From: Nitrososphaerales archaeon | GTDB lineage: Archaea > Thermoproteota > Nitrososphaeria > Nitrososphaerales > UBA213 | Direction of reading: 5' to 3' | Length of the DNA: 42,768 bases | Assembly (NCBI GenBank): GCA_038868975.1 | Contig: JAWCSA010000003.1 | Location: 1-42,768 of the forward strand | Shown here: one piece after another, positions 1 through 9,610 of the stretch | How the letters are laid out: each line of letters opens with the position of its first letter | Numbering within the stretch: position 1 is the stretch's first letter | Notes under the pieces: generated by a model | Told to the model about the DNA's origin: nothing | What the model saw: only the letters and a program-made list of their open reading frames with translations | Database searches by the model: none | Program-made: the position numbers and the translations under genes

Positions 1-246
1 ACTCATCGCATTTTGGTGGGTTCATAGATCAAGATGAGATGGTACATATTGATCTTAAAGCATGAGAGGTAGGGAAAATAGTCATCTCAGTAAAAATCTC
101 GCTATTCGGTCAACTGCGTAACTCCTAATGATATTGGTTCGTGATATTAATCCGAATATTTTGAACACATTTTCGGGTTCTCGTTCGGTGTTGTAAAAGC
201 ATGAATGAGCGTAAATAAACCTGCGATAATAGTACATATGCCAAAC

Positions 247-256
247 TATTTAAAAT
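247..256 (+). promoter_or_regulatory. TATA-like box (tatttaaaat) centred about 26 nt upstream of ATG 278
   Basis: AT-rich octamer at the spacing expected for an archaeal TATA box on a leaderless or short-leader mRNA. The same spacing recurs at 7588, 9061, 9627, 12663, 4653(-) and 4704. Confidence 0.35.
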
Positions 257-277
257 GTAATTGCTAACAATCGTTGG

Positions 278-1120
278 ATGAAGCGACTATTAGTATACCT
301 CTTGCTTGTATCCGGAATTCTCCTTCCTATAATATCTGTTAACGCTTTGTCTGATTTAAACACGTATATAGGCATAGAAGTAGCCTCTGCAGATCCGAAT
401 AGCGGCAAATCGTACGATCCTAAAGAAATCACTATAGTCAAGGGAACGACAGTGATATGGATAAACAAGGACACGAGTGGTCATTCTGTGGTAAGCGGTA
501 ATCCTGCTGATACTAACGTAGGTAGGTTTTTTGATTCGGCATTTCCGCTTATAAGACCAGGAGCGACGTTTGAACATGGGTTTGACGAGGTAGGCGAGTT
601 TCCTTACTTTTGCTCCGTACATCCATGGATGAAAGGCAAGGTGATGGTAATGGAGAAAGAGGGATCTATAAAACCATTGGAAAACAATTCTGAAAAACCA
701 ATGGTAGCACCAACCGATAGAGGTTCACTTGACGTAGAACTCTCGCTATCTCCTTTCCCAGTAGAACCTCAACAGGAAACAAAGATGCACATAAGGTTCC
801 TTCAGAAAGGGAAGGATACGGTACAACAGCACATAGATTATAAAATATTCGTGGAGAAGGACGGTATAGAGGTATTTAGGATACCTCTAACCCATACAAA
901 TCCAGGCGAAGTAACAATACCATATTCCTTTACATCTACTGGCAACTTTATGATAGGTGTTGATGTAGAAGGCATACTCTTCCAACCTATACCAAAGGAA
1001 ACTGCAGTTTTTTCAGTTACTGTTGTGCCTGAATTTCCTGTTAGCGTAATGTTCGTAACGGCTGCTATCTTAGCATTGATGTTGTTGATAATCAGATTTA
1101 AACTAGTAAAAACTATATAA
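278..1120 (+). CDS. Secreted plastocyanin-like (type-1 cupredoxin) protein with a C-terminal Ig-like module and a PEF-CTERM anchor
   Basis: Signal peptide MKRLLVYLLLVSGILLPIISVNA. Cupredoxin ligand pattern GHSVV ... FPYFCSVHPWMKGKV (H, C-x2-H-x2-M). C-terminus VVPEFPVSVMFVTAAILALMLLIIRFK is PEF + TM + basic tail. Confidence 0.85.
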   Translation: MKRLLVYLLLVSGILLPIISVNALSDLNTYIGIEVASADPNSGKSYDPKEITIVKGTTVIWINKDTSGHSVVSGNPADTNVGRFFDSAFPLIRPGATFEHGFDEVGEFPYFCSVHPWMKGKVMVMEKEGSIKPLENNSEKPMVAPTDRGSLDVELSLSPFPVEPQQETKMHIRFLQKGKDTVQQHIDYKIFVEKDGIEVFRIPLTHTNPGEVTIPYSFTSTGNFMIGVDVEGILFQPIPKETAVFSVTVVPEFPVSVMFVTAAILALMLLIIRFKLVKTI

Positions 1121-1140
1121 GCAAATGTTGTATGTAAATT

Positions 1141-2565
1141 GTGAATAGTCACTTACTATTTTCCGTTATAACAACTCTCGCAGTTCTTATTTCATTAAAT
1201 TTTATACCTGTTTTTGGACACGGCCTAGCTGGTGACATGCCACCTCCAATTGATCTTAGCGGTAAGAACGTAACAGTTTTTGTTAAGATGAACCCAGCAT
1301 CTTTGACGGCCAACGCACCTGAAGATGCTACGCTAGGAATAAGATTCTTTGATGTAAATACGGATCAAAACTTGCAGCAAGTAACATACAGAGTATGGGT
1401 AAAGAAAAGCAATAATTTATTGATGAATGAGTGGTTTTACGATCCAAACGGAGATCTGAGTATCAAAATAAGACCAACAGATACTAAACAGGTGAGGGTT
1501 TATGGAGAACAGGAACCTCAACTTGGAGGGTGGTATGGAAGAGGGAGCCCTGCCGTTGTTGAAGCGCCGATATTTCTTGAAGGTGGTTTGTACAATATCT
1601 TCGTCGAAATATTTAGTGTAAACACAACTAAGCAAATACTGGATCCACCATTGGAATTCGATGCATGGGTAAGTGTAGCAGAAGATAATTCATTTATGAT
1701 TGTTGATGATGGTAAGGAGTATCCAATTACCATAAGAACATACTTCGATACAATAGACCAATTTAGGTTCGAGGAGAGTAACAAAGTACTGACATTCAGC
1801 ATGCCATTCAACTGGGAACCAGAGTTTACACGGTATGTATATGTGGTGCACGAAGAAATTATCGTTCCTAAGGAGTTTGAAAGCTTCGTTAGATCTGGTA
1901 ACTTTGAGGCTACTGTGAATGGCGTTCAAATAGGCGGGAGGGCGTTGTTGGTAGATCCATATTCATTTGAAGACAAGTTGGTAATACATTTTCTCCTATC
2001 ACAGCAAGAACTGCAGAAGATAGGTGAGGAGATAATCATGGACGGTACATATCCGCACGAAATGCTTTTTGAATTAAGACCTGTTGAAGGAAAGCAGCTT
2101 GTCGAAGGGACTAGCATGAACTTGGTTACCGATAATGGCAGGGTAAGGATGCTACTTGCTTGGGATAAGGAATTCATTGAACCTGATACTCCTGTAAGGT
2201 TCGATATCACATTTTTTGACAGTACTACAAATATGATATTGCGTGACGTTCATTACAGCATAAAGATATTTGACGACAGTGGCAATGAGATCTTTTCGAG
2301 AGATAATTTGCTCAGTAATGAGGGTATAGACACACATGAGTATATGTTCGCAAGAACAGGAATTGCAACGGTGCAAGTGCATGTCATGGGTACAGGGCCA
2401 TTTGCATTTCAGATGGATACATCATTCATGGGAACGGCTGAAGGAACCATCCACGTGGTACCAGAATTTCCAATAGGTACCTTTATTGTGATTACAGGCG
2501 CCTTTGCTGCAGCGCTTTTAATTACACGACGGTCACTTAATACCGTTTTTAAGATCAAATACTGA
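1141..2565 (+). CDS. PEF-CTERM surface protein, paralogue A of a 458-474 aa family (function unknown)
   Basis: GTG start 20 nt after the previous stop. Signal peptide ends ...IPVFG/HGLAGD. Shares blocks EGGLYNIFVEIFSV, FSMPFNWEPEF and VHEEIIVPKEF with 2533..3909 and 7620..9044. Ends VVPEFPIGTFIVITGAFAAALLITRRS. Confidence 0.8.
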   Translation: MNSHLLFSVITTLAVLISLNFIPVFGHGLAGDMPPPIDLSGKNVTVFVKMNPASLTANAPEDATLGIRFFDVNTDQNLQQVTYRVWVKKSNNLLMNEWFYDPNGDLSIKIRPTDTKQVRVYGEQEPQLGGWYGRGSPAVVEAPIFLEGGLYNIFVEIFSVNTTKQILDPPLEFDAWVSVAEDNSFMIVDDGKEYPITIRTYFDTIDQFRFEESNKVLTFSMPFNWEPEFTRYVYVVHEEIIVPKEFESFVRSGNFEATVNGVQIGGRALLVDPYSFEDKLVIHFLLSQQELQKIGEEIIMDGTYPHEMLFELRPVEGKQLVEGTSMNLVTDNGRVRMLLAWDKEFIEPDTPVRFDITFFDSTTNMILRDVHYSIKIFDDSGNEIFSRDNLLSNEGIDTHEYMFARTGIATVQVHVMGTGPFAFQMDTSFMGTAEGTIHVVPEFPIGTFIVITGAFAAALLITRRSLNTVFKIKY

Positions 2566-3909
2566 TCTTGTCCTAGCAAATGCTATCGCTAATATAATTA
2601 GAACTGCGCTAACAGCATACACACCTGCTGGAAATTCAGGAACTACAGAAAGAAGCAGCGGTGCTGAATCGCCGCTATTGTTTATGTTTTGAATGTTGAG
2701 CATGATGGTACCTGTTTGATCCTTGCTAAAGGTATAATCCTGCACTATAGCACCGATCGGTGCAGCATGATGCTTTCTGAAAATCTCTTTTCCGTCCTTT
2801 AGCAAAACAAAATCAGCTCTGGCGTGCTGAAGTGTATCAAGCGTGTTTGGGTCTCTTATTGTAACTATGAATTTTGTAGGTCTGTCAGGTTCGATGGTAG
2901 GGGGGCTCCATGAGATCTGGAGTAGAAATTTCTCTCTTCCAGATAGAATCTCCAAGGGGAACTTTTGCACATCGCTTGGCGCAAGGGTGAATGTGGCAAC
3001 ATTCCTTTCTGCACCGGGTCCCAATCTTTGTGATATGGCTATCAATCTATCTTTTGGTACAACAAAGTGAACAGTGCGTATGTTCTCATACGAGTAATCG
3101 TCTATGATTACCTCTCTACTTGAGAGTTCAACACCGTTGAGTGTTCCTGTATAACTATTAGACATCAATTCAGCAAAATCGAGAGGGATCAGTACCTCTT
3201 CGTGTATCAATGGCACTTGACTTAGAAAGTTTACGTTCCAGTTCAATGGCATAGTGAATGCTACCTTTCTTTCTGAACTGGAGTACTGAAGATCATTTAT
3301 CTGATCATAATATGTTTTAATGAACAACGTTCTCGCGCTTTGCTCGGAATCGAAAACTTGGTAGTTGAAGGTCTTTCCTATGCTTGTATACAGATCGAAT
3401 CGCAATGGCTGCACAAGTCTGTTTTCGTACTGCTCCATGGATAGAACTGTCACACTGTAATGATATAGACCTCCACCAAGGACCCGTCCTCTCACTATGG
3501 GACTTGAGCTATCAGCAACTATAGCGTTGTAAATAGATTCCCTACTGCCAATGACCTGCGTACGATCGTTATCAACATGTTCAAATCTGATAGATAACAT
3601 GCCATCATGACTATGGAAATACTCATCAAAGAGAAGTTCTGAGGCTCGCATAAGCTTAATGTTAAATGTCACATGAGGGATTGTGCGATCGTTTGCTATC
3701 TCTCTAAGCCTAATTACACTTGTACCCTCCGTTTCTCCGTCTAGAAATGCTGGCTTCATATCGATTGTTAGTGAGAGCCGTTTGTTACCCACCAAAATTG
3801 AGTTTGATTCGACAAAACCAAGTGCCTGACCGTATATAGGCTGTTGCAGAAGACCTATCAGTATCACAACCACTGATAGTAATATGCAAATGGATATTGA
3901 AAACTTCAT
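2533..3909 (-). CDS. PEF-CTERM surface protein, paralogue B of the same family
   Basis: Signal peptide, then blocks GGGLYHYSVTVLSM, FTMPLNWNVNF and IHEEVLIPLDF. Ends VVPEFPAGVYAVSAVLIILAIAFARTRS. Its 3' end overlaps the 3' end of 1141..2565 by 33 nt (convergent). Confidence 0.8.
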   Translation of the reverse strand: MKFSISICILLSVVVILIGLLQQPIYGQALGFVESNSILVGNKRLSLTIDMKPAFLDGETEGTSVIRLREIANDRTIPHVTFNIKLMRASELLFDEYFHSHDGMLSIRFEHVDNDRTQVIGSRESIYNAIVADSSSPIVRGRVLGGGLYHYSVTVLSMEQYENRLVQPLRFDLYTSIGKTFNYQVFDSEQSARTLFIKTYYDQINDLQYSSSERKVAFTMPLNWNVNFLSQVPLIHEEVLIPLDFAELMSNSYTGTLNGVELSSREVIIDDYSYENIRTVHFVVPKDRLIAISQRLGPGAERNVATFTLAPSDVQKFPLEILSGREKFLLQISWSPPTIEPDRPTKFIVTIRDPNTLDTLQHARADFVLLKDGKEIFRKHHAAPIGAIVQDYTFSKDQTGTIMLNIQNINNSGDSAPLLLSVVPEFPAGVYAVSAVLIILAIAFARTRSVFDLKNGIK

Positions 3910-3954
3910 AACAGATAACTCCGAACTAACTTATATGGTTAAAGTATCGGGATC

Positions 3955-4629
3955 TTACTCCTCACCTTTACCTTTTCTAGTAAGGGAAACTATGGCTACA
4001 ATTATACCTGCGGCTCCAAGTCCCATTCCGATAATGCCAAAGTTGTAAGCCCTTTCAGCATCACTACCCAAATCTTCGGCTATCTTCCTTGCCTCCGTGG
4101 CACTACTTTCCGCATTATTGATCTTTCCTGCCATCTGCTCAACAATCAATTGCACCTGATTTATAGAGGATTGTAACTGCGACGCAATGTTTCTAATTTC
4201 GGTAGATTCTATAGATTTGTCAGGAAATGCTAGTTTCTGCTTGTCTTCCACATCTTCTATAGGTATTTCCGCATCCACATTGTTACCAGCAACTACTCCT
4301 TTTACTATAACTGTGTAACTGCCGAGCCTTGTTGGTATGATGGGGGAAGAATAAAGACCCAAGTGCTCAGTTGGTTCAAAGCTAAGTGTTTTTATTACAC
4401 CGCCATACCTTATTGCGACATCGACGTTTCTAAAATCGATGACAAGTGGCTGATCGCCTTTACTAAGTTCCAACACTATTGAATTTAATTCGCCCACAAG
4501 AGGAGGTTCATTCTTCCACCCAGAGACAACTCTAACATCACCAACGTTAATATCTGTATGTGCATAGGAAGAGTTGAACACCATAGTGGATAGCAATAGT
4601 ACAAATATCGAACATTTCGCTAAATTCAT
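3955..4629 (-). CDS. Membrane-anchored surface protein: predicted N-terminal His, Ig-like module, coiled coil, C-terminal TM
   Basis: The ORF is open to 4656 (TTG), but ATG 4629 (MNLAKCSIFVLLL...) sits about 30 nt downstream of a TATA-like ggtaatatttgg. Cleavage is predicted at SSYA/HTDINVG. The coiled-coil stretch SQLQSSINQVQLIVEQMAGKINNAESSATEARKIAEDL is followed by TM GIIGMGLGAAGIIVAIVSL and RKGKGEE. Confidence 0.7.
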   Translation of the reverse strand: MNLAKCSIFVLLLSTMVFNSSYAHTDINVGDVRVVSGWKNEPPLVGELNSIVLELSKGDQPLVIDFRNVDVAIRYGGVIKTLSFEPTEHLGLYSSPIIPTRLGSYTVIVKGVVAGNNVDAEIPIEDVEDKQKLAFPDKSIESTEIRNIASQLQSSINQVQLIVEQMAGKINNAESSATEARKIAEDLGSDAERAYNFGIIGMGLGAAGIIVAIVSLTRKGKGEE

Positions 4630-4719
4630 ATTCGCATAAGAATGGGTTTTGTCCAAATATTACCTTTGTGGAAACTTTATCAATCTTGTAAAAAGCGCAT
4701 AACATACAAATACTAAATT

Positions 4720-7575
4720 GTGATAGTTCGATCAATGAGACTTGATTTTTTGGGAGCAACGAACATAATCGTGCTTCTGTCCCTGTCGATCATCATAGTT
4801 AACCTTTTGCCTGTTCTTGCACATCCTTTTACTGTTGATACAGACCCAAAGGGTCTAGCTCAGCTTCAACAAGCACCTGAGAGCGTGATAATAGCATACA
4901 GTGAACCTGTTGAAGAAGGATTTAGTACCATCAAAGTACTCGATTCTTCTGGTAATAGAGTTGACAATGATGATACTAGGTATTTTCAGGGAGATAATAC
5001 AAAACTAGTCGTTACACTCAAGCCGTTAAAAGACGATGTGTACACTGTGATATCGAGGGTTTTGTCGCAGGTTGATGGACATGTTGTGGAATATACATAC
5101 GCTTTTGTCGTAGGAAATCCCAATGTTCCTATCCCAACAGCGCATATTACGCCAACCCAACCGCCTGTTTACCTACCTGAAACCTTCTCTAGATTTCCTG
5201 GGCTTGTGGGTCAAGTGATTATAGTCGGTATTAGCTTTGCATCATTATTTCTTTGGTTGCCAGTGAAGTTAGCGAACCTTAATTCTTCTATTGCAAAGAT
5301 ACGGACATTAGTTGATAGAAGATATGGTAAATCACTGCTAATTGGCGTTAGCCTTGTCATAACATCCGGTTTTGCAATGATCTTTGTGCAAGCATCATCG
5401 TTAGGGGTTGGCATTGAGGACGCTATTGCAACGAGTTTCGGTACCACATGGCTAGTAAGGATGCTATTAGCATTTGTCACACTTGCTCTATATTTTGCAC
5501 TGAGAGCAAAGAGACCTATAGGGAAGATCCATCATGCAACTGTTTTGGGTGTAGGGTTAGCCCTCCTTGCTACAACTACAATGATCGGTCATCCAGCAGC
5601 AACTACAAAACCAATTGCTATAGCTTTAGATTTCCTGCACAATATTGTGGCATCTGTTTGGATTGGCGGTCTCATGTACCTTGCGTTCGTAGCAATACCA
5701 ACCATAAGGCAATTAGGACTCGCTGCAAGGCATGCCATTATATCACTTCTCATACCAAGATTTTCAAGCATGACGGTAGTTGCGTTGGGCGCAGTTGCTA
5801 TAACAGGGCCACTGATGCTTTGGATGCTTGAGGACAATGTGAACGACCTGTTGCTTACATCATATGGTAAGCTACTCATTAGTAAGCTTATCTTGGCTGG
5901 GTTTATGATAGGTGTTGGAGCGTTTAATCAATTCAACATTCATAGCAAGGCAATAGCGCTGGTCAGGGCTGGGAAAGGTGCCACACAAACAGATGTGCAC
6001 AGCAGGTTTGACAAGAGCTTGAAAGTGGAATCTGCCATAGGGATAGCACTTTTGCTTAGCGTAGCCTTGCTTGCCAATTCGTCTCTTCCTGCGGGTGAAT
6101 TACCAATAAAAGCACTTGCAACTTCTGCTATCTCTGACAGAACCTTCAATGACAACATACAAGGATTCAGGCAAACACAGTTCACTGATGGAGCAATAGT
6201 GAATCTTTCAATTGCACCTGCAAGAACGGGAATGAATAATTTTGTGGTAAGGATAACCGACGATGCTAACGACACTATTGATGACATAAAGGTAGTTAGG
6301 ATCAAACTTACAAATGTTAGGGAAGGTATAGGGCCGCTGACATCCACCTTGTCTCATATAAAAGGTGCAGATTTTCAGGGCAATACTACCTTTACAATGA
6401 ATGGTCGCTGGAATGTGGAAGTGCTAGTGGAGAGGGTGGCAGCATTAAGTATAACAGCAGTCTTTGATGTAACGATCAAGCCTGAACTTAATGAACTAAG
6501 ATTCAACATAGAAGAGTATACGATGCCGGTGGCAGAATCCCTACCTCTGTTCCCACTGTATGACAATGGTAATCTATGGGTAAGTGACACTGCTAAGGCT
6601 CGCATCTTTAAATTTGATATAGCAAAGAAGGAGTTTCAACAATACAACGTACAGGGAAACTTGACCACCATACTTGATTTGGATAGTAAGGGAAATGTAT
6701 GGTTCTTGGATCCAGTTAGCAGAACATTCGGTTACGTTGAGCCTGCTAGTGGGTTGTTCAAAACCTATAGGACACCTTATTCAGGTCTTCCCATATCACT
6801 TGATATAGACTTCGATGATAACGTATGGATTGCGTTGTTGGATACGAACACAATTGTGAAATTTACACCATCATCGGAGATGTTCGAGACATTCACGCCG
6901 CCGACAGCGGACTCGCACCCGTCCGCTATAATAGTTGACGATTTTGGCACCGTTTGGTTCACTGAAGCTGCTGCTGGCAAGATAGCTATGTTGGATCGCA
7001 AGACTAGCGCTATTGAGGAGTATACTCCTGCAACGGGGCCAATGGCTGAACCATTTGCTCTGCTCATTGACGATGATAGAAAGATATGGATTGCTGAACA
7101 TCTTGGCCCCAAGATAACACGTTTTGATCCGACATTGCAAACGTTCATTAGTTATTCAGTTCTTGACAAGAACGCTTTGCCTTTTGGAATGACATCAGAT
7201 AGATTCGGAAATGTGTGGTTTGCTCAACATGTTACTGACGCTATAGGAGTGTTGAATCCACACAGTGGTAAGATGATAGAGGTTCCTGTGCCTACGCAAA
7301 CGTCATTTGTGCAATGGCTCGCAACAGACGACTTGGGAAGGATATGGTTTGCTGAACAAAGATCGTCAAAGATTGGCAGTGTGACTATTGCAGAAAGACC
7401 TGAGGGTATACCGATGGAACCTACCGAGGTGACAAAACCATTGTTCGAGGTAAGATACGCTGACATCGTTGCATCAGGTATTTCTTTGGCAATAATAGCT
7501 TCGTCGCTATTTTACGTAAAGAGCGTCCGCGATCTGAGAAAGAGTGTTAGACTAGTTAAGAGATCGGTTCTGTAA
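4720..7575 (+). CDS. CopC-CopD (YcnJ-like) copper-resistance/uptake fusion extended by a seven-repeat Vgb/streptogramin-lyase-like beta-propeller and a terminal TM helix
   Basis: The likely true start is ATG 4735 (MRLDF...), with an acaaatactaaa TATA-like box about 25 nt upstream. CopC region: LA/HPFTVDTDPKG...VIIAYSEPVEEGFSTIKVLDSSGNRV...VISRVLSQVDGHVVEYTYAFVVG. A polytopic CopD-like region follows. Seven repeats then occur: GNLWVSD..IFKFD, GNVWFLD..FGYVEP, DNVWIAL..IVKFTP, GTVWFTE..IAMLD, RKIWIAE..ITRFDP, GNVWFAQ..IGVLNP, GRIWFAE..IGSV. The final TM is IVASGISLAIIASSLFYV. Confidence 0.88.
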   Translation: MIVRSMRLDFLGATNIIVLLSLSIIIVNLLPVLAHPFTVDTDPKGLAQLQQAPESVIIAYSEPVEEGFSTIKVLDSSGNRVDNDDTRYFQGDNTKLVVTLKPLKDDVYTVISRVLSQVDGHVVEYTYAFVVGNPNVPIPTAHITPTQPPVYLPETFSRFPGLVGQVIIVGISFASLFLWLPVKLANLNSSIAKIRTLVDRRYGKSLLIGVSLVITSGFAMIFVQASSLGVGIEDAIATSFGTTWLVRMLLAFVTLALYFALRAKRPIGKIHHATVLGVGLALLATTTMIGHPAATTKPIAIALDFLHNIVASVWIGGLMYLAFVAIPTIRQLGLAARHAIISLLIPRFSSMTVVALGAVAITGPLMLWMLEDNVNDLLLTSYGKLLISKLILAGFMIGVGAFNQFNIHSKAIALVRAGKGATQTDVHSRFDKSLKVESAIGIALLLSVALLANSSLPAGELPIKALATSAISDRTFNDNIQGFRQTQFTDGAIVNLSIAPARTGMNNFVVRITDDANDTIDDIKVVRIKLTNVREGIGPLTSTLSHIKGADFQGNTTFTMNGRWNVEVLVERVAALSITAVFDVTIKPELNELRFNIEEYTMPVAESLPLFPLYDNGNLWVSDTAKARIFKFDIAKKEFQQYNVQGNLTTILDLDSKGNVWFLDPVSRTFGYVEPASGLFKTYRTPYSGLPISLDIDFDDNVWIALLDTNTIVKFTPSSEMFETFTPPTADSHPSAIIVDDFGTVWFTEAAAGKIAMLDRKTSAIEEYTPATGPMAEPFALLIDDDRKIWIAEHLGPKITRFDPTLQTFISYSVLDKNALPFGMTSDRFGNVWFAQHVTDAIGVLNPHSGKMIEVPVPTQTSFVQWLATDDLGRIWFAEQRSSKIGSVTIAERPEGIPMEPTEVTKPLFEVRYADIVASGISLAIIASSLFYVKSVRDLRKSVRLVKRSVL

Positions 7576-7587
7576 GTGTACTAGAAC

Positions 7588-7598
7588 GATATATATAT
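7588..7598 (+). promoter_or_regulatory. TATA-like box (gatatatatat) about 27 nt upstream of ATG 7620
   Basis: Position and composition match the other candidate boxes in this window. Confidence 0.35.
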
Positions 7599-7619
7599 CG
7601 TAACTAGAAAAGTACGCGT

Positions 7620-9044
7620 ATGAGAATGAAATTATTATTTTCATTTGCTCTTGCAGTATTAATTGGTATGAATGTTAACGTTAACCAAATGTTACCAAAT
7701 GCGTACGCACATGGTCTCGGTACCGAACAGACATTGCCTATGAATGTTGGTGATCGCATAGCTTTTCTGAGGGTTTCTATAGCACCAGAACTAAAAAAAT
7801 TTAATGAATTGAAAGATATTACCTTAACGATAGAAATGGTAGATGCGTTGTCAGGCCGGAATATACGGGGCGCTGGATATCATATCACAGTAGAAAAGTT
7901 TGCGAACGGCATTGTATTGCTAGAGGAGACTTTTCATGCTGCCAAGGATAACGAGAAGCTGGTAGTAAGATTCAAAACTACAGAAGGTGGAGATGTCTTC
8001 GTAAGAGGACAGAAAGTGGATGATACCCTAGGATATGTAGCAACTGACACACTTTCTGTCGAGGGCCCTGTATTTATGGAAGCAGGACTTTATCGATTTG
8101 CAATGGAAGTTGTTGTTATGGATGGCCAAATCGTGCCTATAGGCAAGAGGGCCATATTCGAGGCCTTTATCACTCTTGCCGAGAGCAGAACATTTGCAGT
8201 AACGTATAATGCTAAACAATATGCTTTAGAAACAATCTCCTATTTTGACAACATCGTAGATTTTGAATTCGAACCTAGCAGTATGAGTATAAAGATGATA
8301 ATGCCATTCAATTGGAACAGAAGTTTTGTCGAAAATGTTCCGTTATTACATGCTGAGATATTCATCCCCAAGGAGTTTTCAGAGCTGGCACAAAAGGAGT
8401 TTGTTGGACTAATTAACGGCGTAGAGGAACCAATATTTGTAGATAGATCACCACCTGACGAGGTAGTCATCCATTACACTACACCTAACAGGAGATTGCT
8501 ATCAATATCAGATATGATCATGCAAGAAGGGATGCCTACAAGCCTAGTTGAATTTGGCTTGGTTGTTAAAGATGGTACTATAGGCGATGGCGAAAATGGT
8601 TCTATACCTCCTCCTGTGATGAATGGATGGTCACCTCCAATGGAAACGCGCACTAGTGGTGGTAGCATTCTAGTACAAGTAGAGTGGTCACCGCTTATCA
8701 TTGATATTGATAAAGATACCACATTTAGATTAACATTTAGGGATCCATTGACAAAGGAAGTGATCCAGAACGTTGTTTATGACGTAATGTTGTATGATCC
8801 AAATGGTGAACATGTTGACAGATCGCATAGGTCAAGGCAGACAGCTGAAACTCAAACTTACAGATTTGCTGAACCGGGTAAATTTACATTACTTCTCACA
8901 AACGTGAACAACACCGGCGAAAGGGCGGGGTTTTCACTTTCAGTCGTGCCGGAGTTTCCATTGGGCGTTATGTTCATTATGGGTTCAATGCTTGCCATAA
9001 TGTTTGTAATATTAAGGGTTAGAGGCTTTCATGGAAAACCTTAG
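7620..9044 (+). CDS. PEF-CTERM surface protein, paralogue C of the 458-474 aa family
   Basis: Signal peptide ends NAYA/HGLGTEQ. Blocks EAGLYRFAMEVVVM, MIMPFNWNRSF and LHAEIFIPKEF. Ends VVPEFPLGVMFIMGSMLAIMFVILRVRGFHGKP. Confidence 0.85.
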   Translation: MRMKLLFSFALAVLIGMNVNVNQMLPNAYAHGLGTEQTLPMNVGDRIAFLRVSIAPELKKFNELKDITLTIEMVDALSGRNIRGAGYHITVEKFANGIVLLEETFHAAKDNEKLVVRFKTTEGGDVFVRGQKVDDTLGYVATDTLSVEGPVFMEAGLYRFAMEVVVMDGQIVPIGKRAIFEAFITLAESRTFAVTYNAKQYALETISYFDNIVDFEFEPSSMSIKMIMPFNWNRSFVENVPLLHAEIFIPKEFSELAQKEFVGLINGVEEPIFVDRSPPDEVVIHYTTPNRRLLSISDMIMQEGMPTSLVEFGLVVKDGTIGDGENGSIPPPVMNGWSPPMETRTSGGSILVQVEWSPLIIDIDKDTTFRLTFRDPLTKEVIQNVVYDVMLYDPNGEHVDRSHRSRQTAETQTYRFAEPGKFTLLLTNVNNTGERAGFSLSVVPEFPLGVMFIMGSMLAIMFVILRVRGFHGKP

Positions 9045-9107
9045 ATGAATCAAAAAACATACAAATATACGTGTAGGGATATTTGCTTATGAACACCAGA
9101 ATTATTG
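8944..9107. repeat. 164-bp direct repeat, copy 1 (3' end of 7620..9044, the intergenic spacer, and the first codons of the next gene)
   Basis: By eye, base-for-base identical to 9510..9673 (offset 566 bp). Flanking bases differ on both sides (g/a before, t/c after). Confidence 0.9.
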
Positions 9108-9610
9108 TAGATGCCTTCCTTATAACGTCAGTAATTATTCTGGCATCTACAACGATGAATAATAGCATACTTGATGCATTGGGACAGCAACCCAAACACC
9201 CAGCATTTCATGGTACAAAAACTGTAGCGGGATTTCACGTTGAGTTAACTGTAGATCCTACGCCCATCGAACCAAATGTGATTACCAAGTTTGGTACGCG
9301 TTTTATGGATGCTACTACAGGGGAACTTGCATCAAAAGTTCCTCACACACTTGTGCTTATGCGTGACGGAGAGATGATCTTCCGCGAATCCACAGATTCT
9401 GCAAGTTATTTGCATGAATTCAGCTTTATGGAGGAGCATCAGGGACCATTAACAGTTTTGATAGAAAATGTGAACAACAGTGGAGAGAATGCGGATTTCA
9501 GCTTGATGATCGTGCCGGAGTTTCCATTGGGCGTTATGTTCATTATGGGTTCAATGCTTGCCATAATGTTTGTAATATTAAGGGTTAGAGGCTTTCATGG
9601 AAAACCTTAG
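9083..9610 (+). CDS. Short PEF-CTERM protein carrying only the C-terminal Ig-like module of the paralogue family
   Basis: Probable ATG at 9089 (MNTRII...). The module TVDPTPIEPNVITKFGTRFMD...HTLVLMRDGEMIFRES...LTVLIENVNNSGENADFSLMIVPEFPLGV... aligns with the last ~130 aa of 7620..9044. The final 34 codons are identical to that gene. Confidence 0.75.
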   Translation: MLMNTRIIVDAFLITSVIILASTTMNNSILDALGQQPKHPAFHGTKTVAGFHVELTVDPTPIEPNVITKFGTRFMDATTGELASKVPHTLVLMRDGEMIFRESTDSASYLHEFSFMEEHQGPLTVLIENVNNSGENADFSLMIVPEFPLGVMFIMGSMLAIMFVILRVRGFHGKP

